Notes: generated from the letters alone by a model not told the origin. Positions 37,722 to 51,074 are shown, numbered from the stretch's first letter. The stretch is DNA of 64,000 nt from Octopus bimaculoides (GCF_001194135.2 NC_068989.1:36686163-36750162), one strand, 5' to 3'. Numbers and translations are program-made.

Positions 37722-38214
37722 ATGAACTTTTTTCAATTTCTCACTACCAAATCCACTCACAAGGTTTTGGTTTGCCTGAGGCTATAGAAGACACTTGCCC
37801 AACATGCCATGCAGTGGAACTGAACTTAGAACTATGTGGTTGAGAAGCAAACTTACCACACAGCCAGACCTGTTCAATTCCTGTGCATTATTCTATGTAC
37901 TGTTTGTGCACTCTTGGCTACTTTTGCTGATGAGTAGTAGTGCACCTGAATATATATATATATGCACAAATGGGCCCTTAGGCCAGTTTTCTCAATCACC
38001 CCCACCCCATCATCTAACAGGACGAAGGGACATAACTCTTATCCTTCCTCCTTTCTTTCCAAGTTTCCTTTTGGTTTGTTTTTTTTTCTGTTTTGTGTTC
38101 ACTCTTATTTTTTTACAGAGTACCCATGTTTCTTTGAGCCTGAACGATTGCAGGCTTGAACATGGTGCACTACATTCGATTCCTCTACTATCTGAGCATA
38201 GCAGTATACATTTA

Positions 38215-38425
38215 CAGTAATCCCTTGCTATATTGTGCCATATTGCGGTTTATTATTTAAGCTTGCGTCGATTCCTTTGTGGTGTTGTTTTGCATTTATA
38301 ATAAAATAAATATATGCAAATTGTAAAAATAATTAAAAAAAATACTGTACTGTTTCTACTTCACAAATTTTCACCTATTGCCCCTATTTTGGAACGTAAC
38401 ACTCGTGATATTTGAGGGATTATTG
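38215..38425. mobile_element. Tigger/pogo-type MITE
   Basis: TA-CAGTAATCCCTTGCTATATTGTG ... CGTGATATTTGAGGGATTATTG-TA termini. Confidence 0.75.
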
Positions 38426-38493
38426 TAAACGATATCTTATCGCTTGCTGGATGGAGTACTTTTTTGTTCATCTTACCAACAACTGAACAGTAC

Positions 38494-38545
<52 letters not shown>

Positions 38546-38581
38546 TAATATACGTGTGCACATGTGTATATATATATTTTT

Positions 38582-38686
38582 ATTTAGTAGAAGCAACAGA
38601 ATTACTCAAGGGTTGAGAGTTTTATGCGTTGGCTGCCAATGCATGAAACTCTCGACTCTTGAGTCACTCTGTTGCTTCTGCTAAAT
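38582..38686. repeat. Near-perfect inverted repeat (51-nt arms, 3-nt loop)
   Basis: atttagtagaagcaacagaattactcaagggttgagagttttatgcgttgg-ctg-ccaatgcatgaaactctcgactcttgagtcactctgttgcttctgctaaat. Confidence 0.95.
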
Positions 38687-39227
38687 ATTAATGAAAATAT
38701 ACATATACTCATATTTTGAGTTCTATATTTCCTGCTTTTGCATCACCAAACATATATATATAGAACACATGGCCTAACTTTTAAATGCCATTTGTATTTT
38801 CTTTTGATACGTATGCCACCTCTGGAACTAACCTTAGAGTTGGATCCACAGCTTTAATTAGATTTGGTACTAACATATTTACAGTATCCTACCAATACTT
38901 GATACATCTATTGTTGTGAATTCTGTTATCGTACCTAGCCTTACCTGGCATACTACTGAATCCTTATAAATAATTTATATATATCCTTTATTAAGGATAT
39001 TCCTTAACTTTTCCTCTCTGAAAACGGTATAGTTGGCTTGTATGGAAATCTTTACTCAATGACCTATGCACCATATGCACAACTATTTTAGAAACAATTG
39101 TAAGACACTATGCATTATTTCTGTATCCCTTAGTTGCTCTAACAAGTCTGCAATTATGTTTGAATTATAAATTACATGCTCTGAAGTGATACCATGTGTT
39201 TTTCTTGTTCATTTCCCCTTTCTAATA

Positions 39228-39296
<69 letters not shown>

Positions 39297-39752
39297 ACAC
39301 ATACACACATATACATGCACAGTAATTGGGGACAATTAATGCTTGTAATATCACGAGGATCAATGACACCATTCAGCCAGCTTTGAAACAGATTGAATTC
39401 TAGCATTCTGTTTCTTCATGCTTGCATCTGACTTTTAGCTGTGACAGCACTTTATAAATATTTCTTTATTCATTCATTTCTCTTGATAGCATTGCTTTAG
39501 CTGTTATCTTTTCTTAATCTAAGATGGAATGGAGGTGGAGATGAAGAGGAAGACAACGTGAATTATTTTTACTGTATCTAGTTGCAAGCATGGTTGTATG
39601 GCTAAGGTGCTTGCTTCTCAACCTTGTAGTTTCAAGTTCAATTCCACTGCATGGCATCTTGGGCAAGTCTTCTACTACAGCTGCAGGCTGATCAAAGTTT
39701 TGGGAGTGGTGCTGGTCGATGGAAACTGAAAGAAGTTTGTTGTATGTGTGTG

Positions 39753-39820
<68 letters not shown>

Positions 39821-41165
39821 TACATACATGACAGTCTTCTTTCTGTTTCTGTGTACTAAAGCTACTTACAAGTCTTTGGTTGGCCCAAGGCTATAGTAGA
39901 AGACACTTGCCCAAGGTGCCATACAGTGAAACTGAACGTGAGACCATGCAGTTTTGAAGCAAACTTCTAATCATACAACCACTAAGTTCTGCTAACATGA
40001 TGGTTTTGTATAAACTTCATTAAAATACCACTACAAATCTCTCTGCTAAAGGATTTTCTATTGAGTCGTTTGCAGAAAATATTTTGTTACGCACATTCAT
40101 GGTTTAATCAACTCCATTTCTAGAACAATTATAATGTAACTTTATAGTTGATACATTTCAGCTTATGCATGCATATTTCTCTGTGTACAATGGTTCCAAA
40201 TATTTCTCTTGATAAAATTAGTTCGTATATTACAATTAATATACATATATATAAGTATATGTATATATAGCAAAATGAAAAGTTTTAAATCTAATATTTC
40301 CTTGTGTGTAGAGACAAAACAAAGTGTCTTTTTAAAGCATTGAATTACTGTTAGGAATAACTAAGCTATTGTTAACAAGGTGGTGTGTACGAGAAATTTC
40401 TCATAAGTCACTCTGACAAAAAAATTAAGTTGGTGTATGCATGTGTGTGTATATCTCTGTAATGTTTGTATGTGATTGTGTGTGTCTGTGTATCTGTGCA
40501 TATCTGTGTGTATATGTACGTGTGCATATCTCTGTGTGTATGGGTGTATATCTGTATATGTATGTTTATGCATGTATATCTGAATGGGTATTATATCAGT
40601 GTTTGTATGTATGTATGTATGTATGTATATACACACACACACACACACACACACATACATGTGTATGTGTGTGTATCTGCATGTGTGTTTATGAGAGTAT
40701 GTCTGTTTGTCTATGGATGGATGTATATCTGTGTATATCTCTGTGGGCATATCTGTTTGTTTATGTATGTGTGTATATTTGTATGTTTATGTATGGGTGT
40801 ATATCTCTGTGGGCATATCTGTTTGTTTCCATATGTGTATATATTTGTATGTTTATGTATGTGTATGAATTAAATAGTTGGAATTTTTTGTCTTATTTAA
40901 AATCTGTTGTGTGGAGTTTTAGGTCTGTGCAACTATCAATAGACTACTGAATTTGAAAAACAAGTAAAAAAGAACATAGTATAACAACACGGTAACTAAT
41001 TAGTTTGGTATATTGTAGTTTTTAAATTATATCTCTGTGCAACTCGGGCAGAACAAATACTATACAAGGTATTTTTATTTAAGCATATTTAAATGTTTTT
41101 TTCTTTCTGATGTCTACATCTTTTAGCAATATACATCAGTAAAAGATAGATATATGCACACACAC

Positions 41166-41206
<41 letters not shown>

Positions 41207-42939
41207 TAAAACAAATAACTGGTACTCCATTGGTTACAATGAGTGTTCCAGTTGATCTGATTAATGGAACAGCTGCTCATGAAATTAATGTGCAAGTGGC
41301 TAGCACCCAACAGACATATGTGCTCTTCATGTAATTCTCAGGGAGATTCAGCAAGACACGGAACATGACAAGGCTGACCCTTTGAATTACAGGCACAGCC
41401 CATTTTTGCCATTTGAGCGGACTGGAGCAGTGCGAGATAAATAGTCCTGCTCAAGGACACAAAGTACTGCCAGAAATCACTCATGATCGTGTGCGCTGAA
41501 TACCCTAACCACTAAGCCACATGCCTCTATACACGCACGCACACACAGAGAGGCATGGTTGTGTGGTTAAGAAGTTTGCTTCCTAACCATATTTTGGATT
41601 CAGTCCCACTGTGTGGCACTTTGGCCAATTGTCTTCTATAGATATGAGCCAACCAAAGCCTTGTTTGTAGATTTTGTAGATGGAAACTGAAAGAAAATGG
41701 ACATATATCTATAGTGTAAGTGACCATGATCATTATACATGTGGTGTAATCTTTTCTATGTCTGGTTAGGAGGAAATAATGCCTTGCTTGGAAACAAGTG
41801 TGAGTTGGCAGCATAGGAACAACAGGAAGAGCACCTAGTTGTAGGAAATTTTTCCCAATGAACTCCATGACAGCATGGAAAAGTGAATGTTAAAATGCTT
41901 TGCAAACTGAATTTGAATGCCATAGTAAAAATCACTGCTCCAAAGTGCTGCTCTGTAGATTGAACTTAGAACTGCGTGGTTGGGAAGTGAATTTCTGAAT
42001 TGCACAGCTATGCCTTTTCACATTTCTCTATTTAAAACATTTATACACCCACTAAAATATGTTTTAATCTTTTAGCATTCAGATAACTTCATCAAATATA
42101 ATGCCTTATTTTCCCCTTTGTTTTGAATTAATTATCTATAATCACAAAGCTTTGAGGTTTCAATGTGGTGATTGTTTATTTTTAGAATGACAATGTAGAG
42201 TGGGTATGAGAGGTCAGATTTGGCCAGTTTAAACATAAGTCATGTAGAATATTTGGGCTGGACAAGGCTGGTTTAAATGCTAAAGGGTTAAACATGTAAA
42301 CATGTATATGCACAATAATAGCAGCATGGTTAAGAAGTTTGCTTTGCAACCATGTGGTTTCAAGTTCAATTCCATTGCACGGCACTTGGGGCAAGTGTCT
42401 TCTGCTATAGCCCCAGTCTGAGTAGAGCCTTATGAATTTGGTAGACAAAAAAGTATAAGACGCCCATTGTATACATCATCATCATCGTTTTAACATCTAC
42501 TTTTCCATGCTTGCATGGGTTGGATGGAATTATTGAGGCAGATTTTCTTCAGCCAGATGCCCTTCCTGTTACTAACTCTCACCTATTTTCAAATAAGGTA
42601 ATGTGTCCTCATAGCCAGACATGCTTTCATGGAAGATTGTTAATGAAAGACACTACTTGCATAATGGTAATACTCATTTACAACTATTACGCAATGTCAA
42701 AGCAAGAAGATAGTAACACACACACACATGCACACACATACACACACACACGTGTTAAAAAGCACCCAGTACATTCTGTAAAGTGGTTGGCTTAGGAAAG
42801 GCATCCAACCATAGAAATAATGCAAAAGATGACATTGGAGCTCAGTGCAGTCTTACAGCTCATAAGTTCTCTGTCAGACCATCCTACCCATACCAGCATG
42901 GAAAGTGGATGCCAAATGATGACAATGATCATCATCATC

Positions 42940-43525
42940 ATTTAATATCCGTTTTCCATGCTGGTATGGGTTGGACGGTTTGACAGGAGCTGACCAGCTG
43001 AAGAGCTGTTCAGGCTCCATGTCTGTTTTGGTATGGTTTCTATGGGTGGATGTCCTTCCTAATGCCATCTACTTCACAGAGTGTACTGGGTATTCTTACG
43101 CAGCACCAGCACATGTGCTTTTTATGTGGCAACAGTACCTATGTACCTGCAAGATTAGGGATGCTCAGCTGGGGAGGGTTCCAAGGGACGAGCTTGTATG
43201 CAACAGCAACCATGCTTTTACTTCGCACAGCAAACGACCAGGAGTCTTAGTCTCCTGTCATCCCTTCTGTGAGTCCCAATGTCTGTAGATCCTTTCTCAC
43301 CACTTTGTCCCGCGTCTTCTTGGGTCTATCCTTTCCTCATATTCCCTCTAGAATTAGAGCTTGGTTCCTCTTGATGCAACTATCTTCATTCATATGTATT
43401 ACACGACCATACCAGTGCAGTCTTCTCTGTTGCACACTACATCTGATGCTACGTATATCCAGTTTTTCTCTCAAATCACTTACACTCTGTTGTATATGCA
43501 CACTGGCTACCCATCCAGTGAATCA
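42940..43525 (-). mobile_element. RTE LINE 3' fragment
   Basis: Reverse complement encodes PKKTRDKVVRKDLQTLGLTEGMTGD*DSW and carries the RTE tail. Confidence 0.75.
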
Positions 43526-43569
43526 TACTGGCTCCATTATATATATATATATATATATATATATTCTTT

Positions 43570-43985
43570 CTCTTATTCTTTTACTTGTTTCAGTCATTTG
43601 ACTGCGGCCATGCTGGAGCACCGCCTTTAGTCGAGCAAATCAACCCCAGGACTTATTCTTTGGAAGCCTAGTACTTATTCTATTGGTCTCTTTTGCCGAA
43701 CCGCTAAGTTACAGGGACGTAAACACACCAGCATCGGTTGTCAAGCGATGTTGGGGGGACAAACACAGACACACAAACATATACACACACATGCATATAT
43801 ATATATATATACATATATATACAATGGGCTTCTTTCAGTTTCCATCTACCAAATCCACTCAACGCTTTGGTCGGCCCGAGGCTATAGTAGAAGACACTTG
43901 CCCAAAGTGTCATGCAGTGGGACTGAACCCAGAACCATGTGGTTGATAAGCAAGCTACTTACCACACAGCCACTCCTGCACCTAT
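43570..43985 (-). mobile_element. CORE-like tRNA SINE, young full-length copy; many older copies (e.g. ~9930-10066, 14710-15070, 19045-19345, 37710-37866, 39580-39735, 39830-39985, 41545-41700, 44025-44180, 44705-44870, 56055-56220)
   Basis: tRNA-like head GTGTGGTAAGTAGCTTGCTT...GGTTCAGTCCCACTG, then ACTTTGGGCAAGTGTCTTCTACTATAGCC (resembles the MIR/CORE CCTTGGGCAAGT segment), an internal (CA/TA)n and a 3' tail. Confidence 0.85.
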
Positions 43986-44678
43986 ATATATATATATAGT
44001 GCACACACGCACATCATCAAAGTAGGCTTCTTTCAGTTTCTATCTACCAAATCCCCTCAAGGTTTTGGTTGGCCTAGGGTTGTAGTAGAAGACACTTAAC
44101 CAAGGTACCATGCAGTGTAACTGAACCCAGAACTGTTTAGTTGGAAAACAAACTTTTTGTCACACAGCCATGCTGGTGCCTATTATCAATGTATGTGTAT
44201 GTGTGAGTGTGAACGTTTACATTCTGTGATTACATGAAAAATCACTGAGTTACAGTTGGTTTTGTCTGTTATCATTTCACTGTCAACATTGTTTAGTGGC
44301 TCTGCACTTTTGAAAATGATTGAAATGAAAATGCTCTTACTTCAAAAGCAGAAGAAAGGGTCTCTGGTTGTATCTCAGCAATATGTATTCATCTGACTCA
44401 TGCTAGCCTGGAAAAGTGCATGTAATATGAACTAACAAAAAATTATCATCATCATCATCATCATCATCATTGTTTTATGTTTACTTTTCCTTGCCTGCAT
44501 GGGTCAAATGAAGTTTATTGAGGCAGATTTTCTATGGCTGGATGCCCTTCCTGTTGCCAACCCTCACCTGTTTCCAAGCAAAGTAATATTTCTTCATGGG
44601 AACAAATTACTCTGCTTGTAAGACAGTGACAATCATTTACAACTATCATATGATGTCAAGACAAGGAANNNNNNNNNN

Positions 44679-44710
<32 letters not shown>

Positions 44711-45517
44711 CAGGCTTCTTTCAGTTTCCCTTTACCAAATCCATTCACAAGGCTTTGGTTGGCTTGGAGCTATAGTAAAAGATAGTTGCCAAGGTGCCAT
44801 GCAGTAGGATTGAAACTGGATGTATGTGATTGGGAAGCAAACTTCTTAGCCTACAGCTACACCTGCATCTAATGGTCATACCTCTGCCTAATACAGTAAT
44901 AGTATTAATTACCATGTTTTATGATAATTATTTTGACAAATTTCCACCAACAACTTTTCTTTACAGTTTCTCTATTAATAGTGTTTTGCAGTCTCTGTTG
45001 TTGCTTGGATAAAAGCCTCAAAACTGATATGATTCAATAATGTAGTCACTTCATTCTAAGCCATTGTTGAAGATTAGGAGTTATAACCCCAATATTATTC
45101 TGCTACAAGAATAAATGTCTTAACCCTTTAGTATTCAGTCAAATATAATACTTATTTATTTGAACTAATCAAACATTGTTTTGTCGCTTTGAGATTTCAA
45201 TGATGTGATCACTTACTTTTAGAACAGCATTGTAGTGTAGTTGTGTGGGGCCTGATCTAGTTTATATGGAATATAAAACAGGTGGAATATTTGGGTCAGA
45301 TATAGCAGGTTTGAATGCTAAATGGATAAAGCATGATATTTAGAAAAGAAAAATGTTTCTTATATCCATATCCTGATTAAATTAATTAGTATATTGTATA
45401 ATTAGTTATCATGAACTAATCAGTAAACATATTGTGTGATTGTTATTGAATTGATTATTTATCATATTGTGTGTCATGTGGTTGTTACTTAACTAATTAA
45501 TTACCATGTTGTGGTGG

Positions 45518-45737
45518 TGGTGAGCTGGCGAAATTGTTAGCATGTTGAACAAAATGCTTAGTGGCATTTCATCTATCTTCACATTCTGAGTTAAAATTCT
45601 GCTGAGGTGGACTTTACCTTTCACCTTTTTGGGGTCTATAAAATAAGTGCCAGTCGAGCCCTGGGGGGTGGGGATATCAATGAATTGATGTACTCCTCCC
45701 CCAAACTTGCTGGCCTTGTGGCAAAATTTGAAACCAG
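45518..45737 (+). mobile_element. Second tRNA-derived SINE family (copies at ~4245-4430, 17300-17510, 54390-54600, 60890-61035)
   Basis: Shared GGTGAGCTGGCAGAA..GTTAGCA...TGAGTTCAAATTC...CTTTCATCCTTT...AATAAGTACCAG consensus. Confidence 0.8.
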
Positions 45738-46227
45738 TTACCATGTTATGTAGTTGTTAGCAAACTAATTAGTTATCATGTTGTATAGATGTTAATGAAC
45801 TAATTATTCACCATGGCAAGTGGTTATTACCAAACAAATTAGTTACCATGTTGTGTGGTTGTTAACCAATTAATTAGTTACCATGCTGTGTGAGTGTATA
45901 TGTACATGTATTTGTGTGTACTTTTGTCTTAACATAATGTTGGAGCTTCACCGTCACACAAGTGGTGCTGTTCATTTCCAATATTCCATAAGAAATGTCT
46001 AGCAATGAGGAAATATTACCTTACTTGGAAACTAGGAAAGACTGGCAACAGGAAAATCATCAGGCTATGCAAAGCTTGTCTCAACAAATTTTGTGCGATC
46101 CATTAAAGCTTAGAAAAGTGACTGTTGCAATGATGATGGTAAGAAACATGAGCACATAAGGAATTGTCAATGAGCTTCTTTTTCATTTCTGGCTGTGGCT
46201 GTTTCTCTTGTTTGTAATAATCCTTAG

Positions 46228-46728
46228 CCCTTTCACTGTGAAATTAAATTATTGTATTTTAATGTGTATAAGGAACCCCCTAATTTTTAGGGCTTAAAAT
46301 TTGGAAAAGAGGTTTTGTAAGGGATTAGGTTAATTTTGATAAGTGCATCCGCACTTATCGGGTAATGCATTTCATTTTTGTGTGGGGAGAGAGAGAGAGA
46401 GATGAGAGACTATGGAAGAAAGGATCTTCTATGAAAGAGAATGTTGTACGTCATGGAGATTTGAAGTTCGAGAAATTAAGTAATTTATTAATATCTCTAA
46501 TACTATCCATGTATAAGAAACTCCTATATTTAAAAAAATAATTTCTGACAAAAAAGGGTTCCTTACATACGTTAAAATATGGTGTATGGTTATTCCTGTA
46601 ATATCTATTTTCATTAGGTCATGTTGCCTCAATAAAGTTGACATATCTTACCAAAAAATAGTTTCAAACATGACATTTCTCAACAAAAGATAGTTTGGTA
46701 TATGAAACTGATTTCTGCAGTAAAAGGG
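46228..46728. mobile_element. piggyBac-like non-autonomous element (501 bp)
   Basis: TTAG-CCCTTTCACTG ... CAGTAAAAGGG-TTAA termini. Confidence 0.6.
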
Positions 46729-46871
46729 TTAACAAAACTTATGCCTGTAGTTCAAGAGAGATTCCAGTTTGGTGGTTGAAATAACATATACAAGAATTGA
46801 AAAAGAATAACCATTTAATAATTAGTGCTACCTCTACTGACTTTGGCTGAGCTTGATCTGATTCTCTCAAA

Positions 46872-48168
46872 CACAACATGTTAGGTTCTGTTCATAAGGA
46901 AACACTTTATCCACTGCAGCAGCTTTCCATGAACTCCAGTGTTCGACAGTTTCTTCAGCAGGATTTTGTAGTCCACTCTGTCAAATGCCTTGCTGAAATC
47001 AAGGTATATGACATAAGCTTCTCCCAAAGCTTCTAAAATGTCATCAAGATGGTGCAGAAGCTGCAACAGGCAGTCCCTGCCATCACAGAAACCATGCTGG
47101 TTGGGGTTCAGCAGATTGTTGTCTTTGAGGTAGTGGGTTATTCGCGATCTCACCACCCTCTTAAATGCTTTAATGATATGAGAGGTGAGTGAAATTGGAT
47201 GGTAGTTCGCTGCAAGAGATTTGTTTCCCTTTTTGAAAACTGGAATGACAGACTGGGAAAGAAAATGATTAGAAATGTAGCCTGTGTCAAGTGAGTTCCT
47301 CCAGAGCTCAGCTAGAGGGATTGCAATTTGATATCAGCACATCTTCAGGACAGTGGCCGGGAACCTATCGGGACCTACTGCCAAGTTGTGCTTGATCTTA
47401 TTTATTTCTGTTAGGATATCAGGTGCACCAAAAGTTATGTCAGATATAGTTAGTTGAGAGTTTACATCACTGATACTAGCCAGATCAACTGCATTAGTGT
47501 TACTGAAAACAGAGCAGTATTGCATCTGCAGTATCTTGCACATGGATTTTGCATTGTCGTATAGAGTATTCTCATCAACCAGAGAACCAACAGAGGAAAC
47601 AGCAACTTTTTTTTTTTTTGCAAATGAAAAGAACACTGAGATTGAGTTTTATTTTCTCAGTGGCCCAGTTCCCCTCAGCTGCTCTTTGTTTGTTAATGAT
47701 GGTCATCATGCTTTTTTGGAGGTTGTGTTTTTTCCATTCGAGTGATGCAGTGACAGTCAAATGGGTGCATTGCTGCTGGCAGTATTTAAGTTGGTTGGTT
47801 TTCTTGTTAGTTCTTTTTATTTTTTTGATAATTTCTCTTCTATTTCTAGGGATTCTGCACTTAGATTTGTTTACTGATCTTAATTGGGTATGTTTTGAGC
47901 ATATATTTGTTAGAGTTTCTACAAATGTCTGCCATGATGTGTTTATGTTGGTGGGGGGGGGGGATGCGTGCATGAAGGCCCAATCAACTTGTGCAAAATC
48001 ATGATTGATCGCATCCCTGTCTGCATTATGAAAATCCATAGTGTCCAACGGATGGGCTGGAGAGATGTCATTGGGTTTGATCTTTGGATGGTAGAATCTC
48101 AGATCACAGAGAACCATGTCATGGTCTGAAAGTAGTGGTGTTTTCCCCCCTGCAATATTGTGAATAGT
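46872..48168 (-). mobile_element. CR1-type LINE, inverted 5' segment (end of APE to RT motif 4)
   Basis: Minus strand: LLSDHDMVL, MDFHNADRDAIN...VDW, LAVGPDRFP, LLNPNQHGF, YLDFSKAFDRVDYKILLKKL, LQWIKCFLMNRT. Confidence 0.9.
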
Positions 48169-49313
48169 GTCTATCTACATCAATGACATAGTAGACTTCA
48201 TCAAACATTGTACATTGAAAATTTTTGTTGATGATTCCAAGCTCTAGAAGGCCATAAACGGTATGGGAGACTGAACATGCCTTCAGTCACATCTGTTTGC
48301 TGTTGTCCAATGGGCAGGAAAGAACAATATGCTTCTAAATAAAGATAAGTTTAATATACAGAAATAAATTTATTTCTCAAACGCGTGATAATGCTATAAA
48401 TAAATTTATTTCTGTATATTACAATACATCTCAATGCTTCTCAAGACAAACTTTGTTTACTTTCATCGTGAAGATAAGTTTAATTTGATCCACTTTAAAA
48501 AAGAGGATACTCTGAAACTACCATATGCCCTTCCCTCGGGTGACTCCCTAGTGTCATCCAGAGACCTTGGAGTAATTGTTGGTAACAATCTAAGCGGGAG
48601 TTCCCATGTAAAAAGCAAGGTTGACTTGGCCCACAAGATGTGTTCCTGGATTCTGAGAACTTTCTGGTCTAGAGATGCTCACACCATCCTTCTCTACTCT
48701 ACTTTTGCTCAACCCCACCTTGAATACTGTTGCCCACTGTGGTCTCCCCACACAAAGTAATTCATTATGAAAGTGGAAGCACTCCTGAGGTCAATAACAA
48801 GAAAGATAGACGACATGACAGGCATTGACTATTGGAGTCAACTAAAAAATCTCAATCTTTACTCTCTCCAATGCCGCCATGAGTACTGCATCATTTGTGG
48901 GATGTGGAAAATATTCCATCAATATTGCACAAATTATGTTGGCATCAATTTTAAAATCCACCCAAGACTTGGTCCAGTGCTGTCCGCCCTTTAGAAAAAT
49001 CGAACTCAAGACACACAAGAACATTACAACACAAGAACTTTACCTCAACCGGTCCAGCTCTCTTTAATATTATGCCAAAATACATCAAAACGGAAACAGA
49101 TCCTATAAAATTCAAAAGTTCTCTGGACAAATTTCTCCCCCCAAATCCCGGACCAACCTCCTATACCCAGATATGTCTCCAACAATAATAACTCTTTGCT
49201 AGAGTGGGCCATGGTGTCCCATATATGACTGAGGTGTGAATCATGATCTAAAAGATTTCACCAGGTGGTGCTATTAAGTTAGACATTGCCTGGGCCTATA
49301 CTGGCTGAAGCCT
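48169..49313 (+). mobile_element. CR1-type LINE, 3' segment (RT motif 5 onward to 3' UTR)
   Basis: IYINDIVDFIKHCTLKIFVDDSK, SRDLGVIV, QPHLEYCCPLWSPH, LNLYSLQCR...; 3' end runs into an N gap. Confidence 0.9.
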
Positions 49314-49749
49314 NNNNNNNNNNNNNNNNNNNNNNNNNNNNNNAAAAAGCATCCGGTCCACACTGTAAAGTGGTTGGCATTTGGAAGGGCATTCAGCTGT
49401 AAAAACCATGCCAAAACTGACCTCACCTGTGTTGGTGCCATGTAAAAAGTACTCAGCCCACTCTATGGTGTAGTTGGTGTTAGGAAGGGCATCCAACCGT
49501 AAAACTTATGCCAAAACAGATACCGAAGTCTGGTGCAGTCTTCTGCCTGGCCAGCTCCTGTCAAACTGTCCAACCCATGCCAGCATGGAAGGTGGACATT
49601 AAATGATGACAATGATGGTGATGCATTTATTTTCCAAGATTCTTGATGTGAAATTGTGTGTTGAAACAGATATTGTTATACTTGGGGGATAGTCATCATT
49701 TGCCAATTAAATACACACTATATATTTGGTCTTTATTTCAGCTTTATTA

Positions 49750-49970
49750 CTATTATTATCATTTAGTGTCTTTGTTTAAGCTCTTTTGTCACACATCCTG
49801 TGATCTCATCAGCAATCCTCTATTCCACGTCTCCACTTGTTCTACTTATTCCATTTCATGACAAAATTGAATAAGTAGAACAGGAGGAGACGTGTGATAC
49901 AGAGTTGCTGATGAGATCGCAGTATGTGTGACGAAAGAATGTAGACAATGACACTAAAATAATAATAATA
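49750..49970. repeat. Imperfect inverted repeat (~100-nt arms, ~16-nt spacer), Penelope-pLTR-like
   Basis: 49750-49852 is the diverged reverse complement of 49868-49970; each arm contains CTGATGA-GATC(A/G)CA..TGTGAC-(G/A)AAA. Confidence 0.88.
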
Positions 49971-50056
49971 AAGCATTTAATAATCTTTTCATCTTGTTTT
50001 ATTTTTGAAGGTAGAACGCTGATAGTGGAAAGTAATTCCCAAATTACCTCCCCAAA

Positions 50057-50216
50057 ATGATGTCCAGTGAACAGAGCATCTGTTCTCACTTCCATTTACG
50101 CGGCATTGAGTATGTCATTTCAATGATGTATGGAGAAGGAACGGGCAATAATTTCACCATTGAGGTCCTTGACAATGGGACCTTGGATGTGTGGTGTGGT
50201 ACATTTGATGTAGAAT
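50057..50216 (+). CDS. CCDC61: CCDC61/VFL3 first coding exon (exon starts at 50011 with 46 nt of 5' UTR)
   Basis: Pyrimidine-rich acceptor ...ttatttttgaAG ends at 50010. An in-frame TAG at 50012 precedes the ATG at 50057. Encodes MMSSEQSICSHFHLRGIEYVISMMYGEGTGNNFTIEVLDNGTLDVWCGTFDVE, resembling the CCDC61 N-terminus (FRGVEH...LEVED...W.GEFD). Donor T|GTAAGT at 50217, phase 1. Confidence 0.9.
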
Positions 50217-51074
50217 GTAAGTTTTGTATGTCTATTTTTCTGTTTATTATTTTTTTTCTTTTTTCTTTGGACTTGCATGAATTGTTCCATATAGCTACAT
50301 ACAATACTTCTTTTGAAAACAAAAAAGTCAATCAAGGATATTTGTTATTTGAATGTCAATTTATTTCATGGGAATCTGGTAAATAACATTAATTACTTCA
50401 CTGTACATAGCTTGAGATTAAATTGATCACCTGATTAAATTAGATTAAAAATTTAAAATTATACAAAATAAATTTACTAATTCTAAATGAAAGTTGGATT
50501 CAGAAGTTGTTCTGTTCATATTTTTCCTTGGAGAGATTTAAAAACAAAAATGAGGTAAACTGGTTCCATCAAGAATTGAAAATAGATCAGACCTTGCTAT
50601 ACGATAATTCACTGCTTGTTTAGCATCCTGCAACCATAATCATGGTCTATGCATTTATTCATGGCATTGTTGCCAACCCTTATTGAAACAAAAATGTATG
50701 CATGTATCTAAATTGGCAATGATCTTCAATTTGATGAATAAGCAATAACTGTGAAGTTATTTCATTATATTTAGCTGCAAAGATGGGAGAATATTTTCCT
50801 GTTAAGGTGGTAGAATATTTCATCAAAGATTATCCTCCTATGAGGAAATGAAGCAAAAAACACCATAAAAAGAAACAATTCAACCAAATTTTGTTAACTT
50901 TATTTATAGATACATCATTAGTTATAAATATTTTGATTTTTGTTAACTTTGCTAATGGCATGTGTTTGTAACTCCTAACAGCAACAATTAGCTACATAGT
51001 CAAACTTTGTCAGAGCCATCATATGTGTCCTTTAGAAAAGGCTTTGGTGTAGGTAGCTGAACAACAGGTACCAC

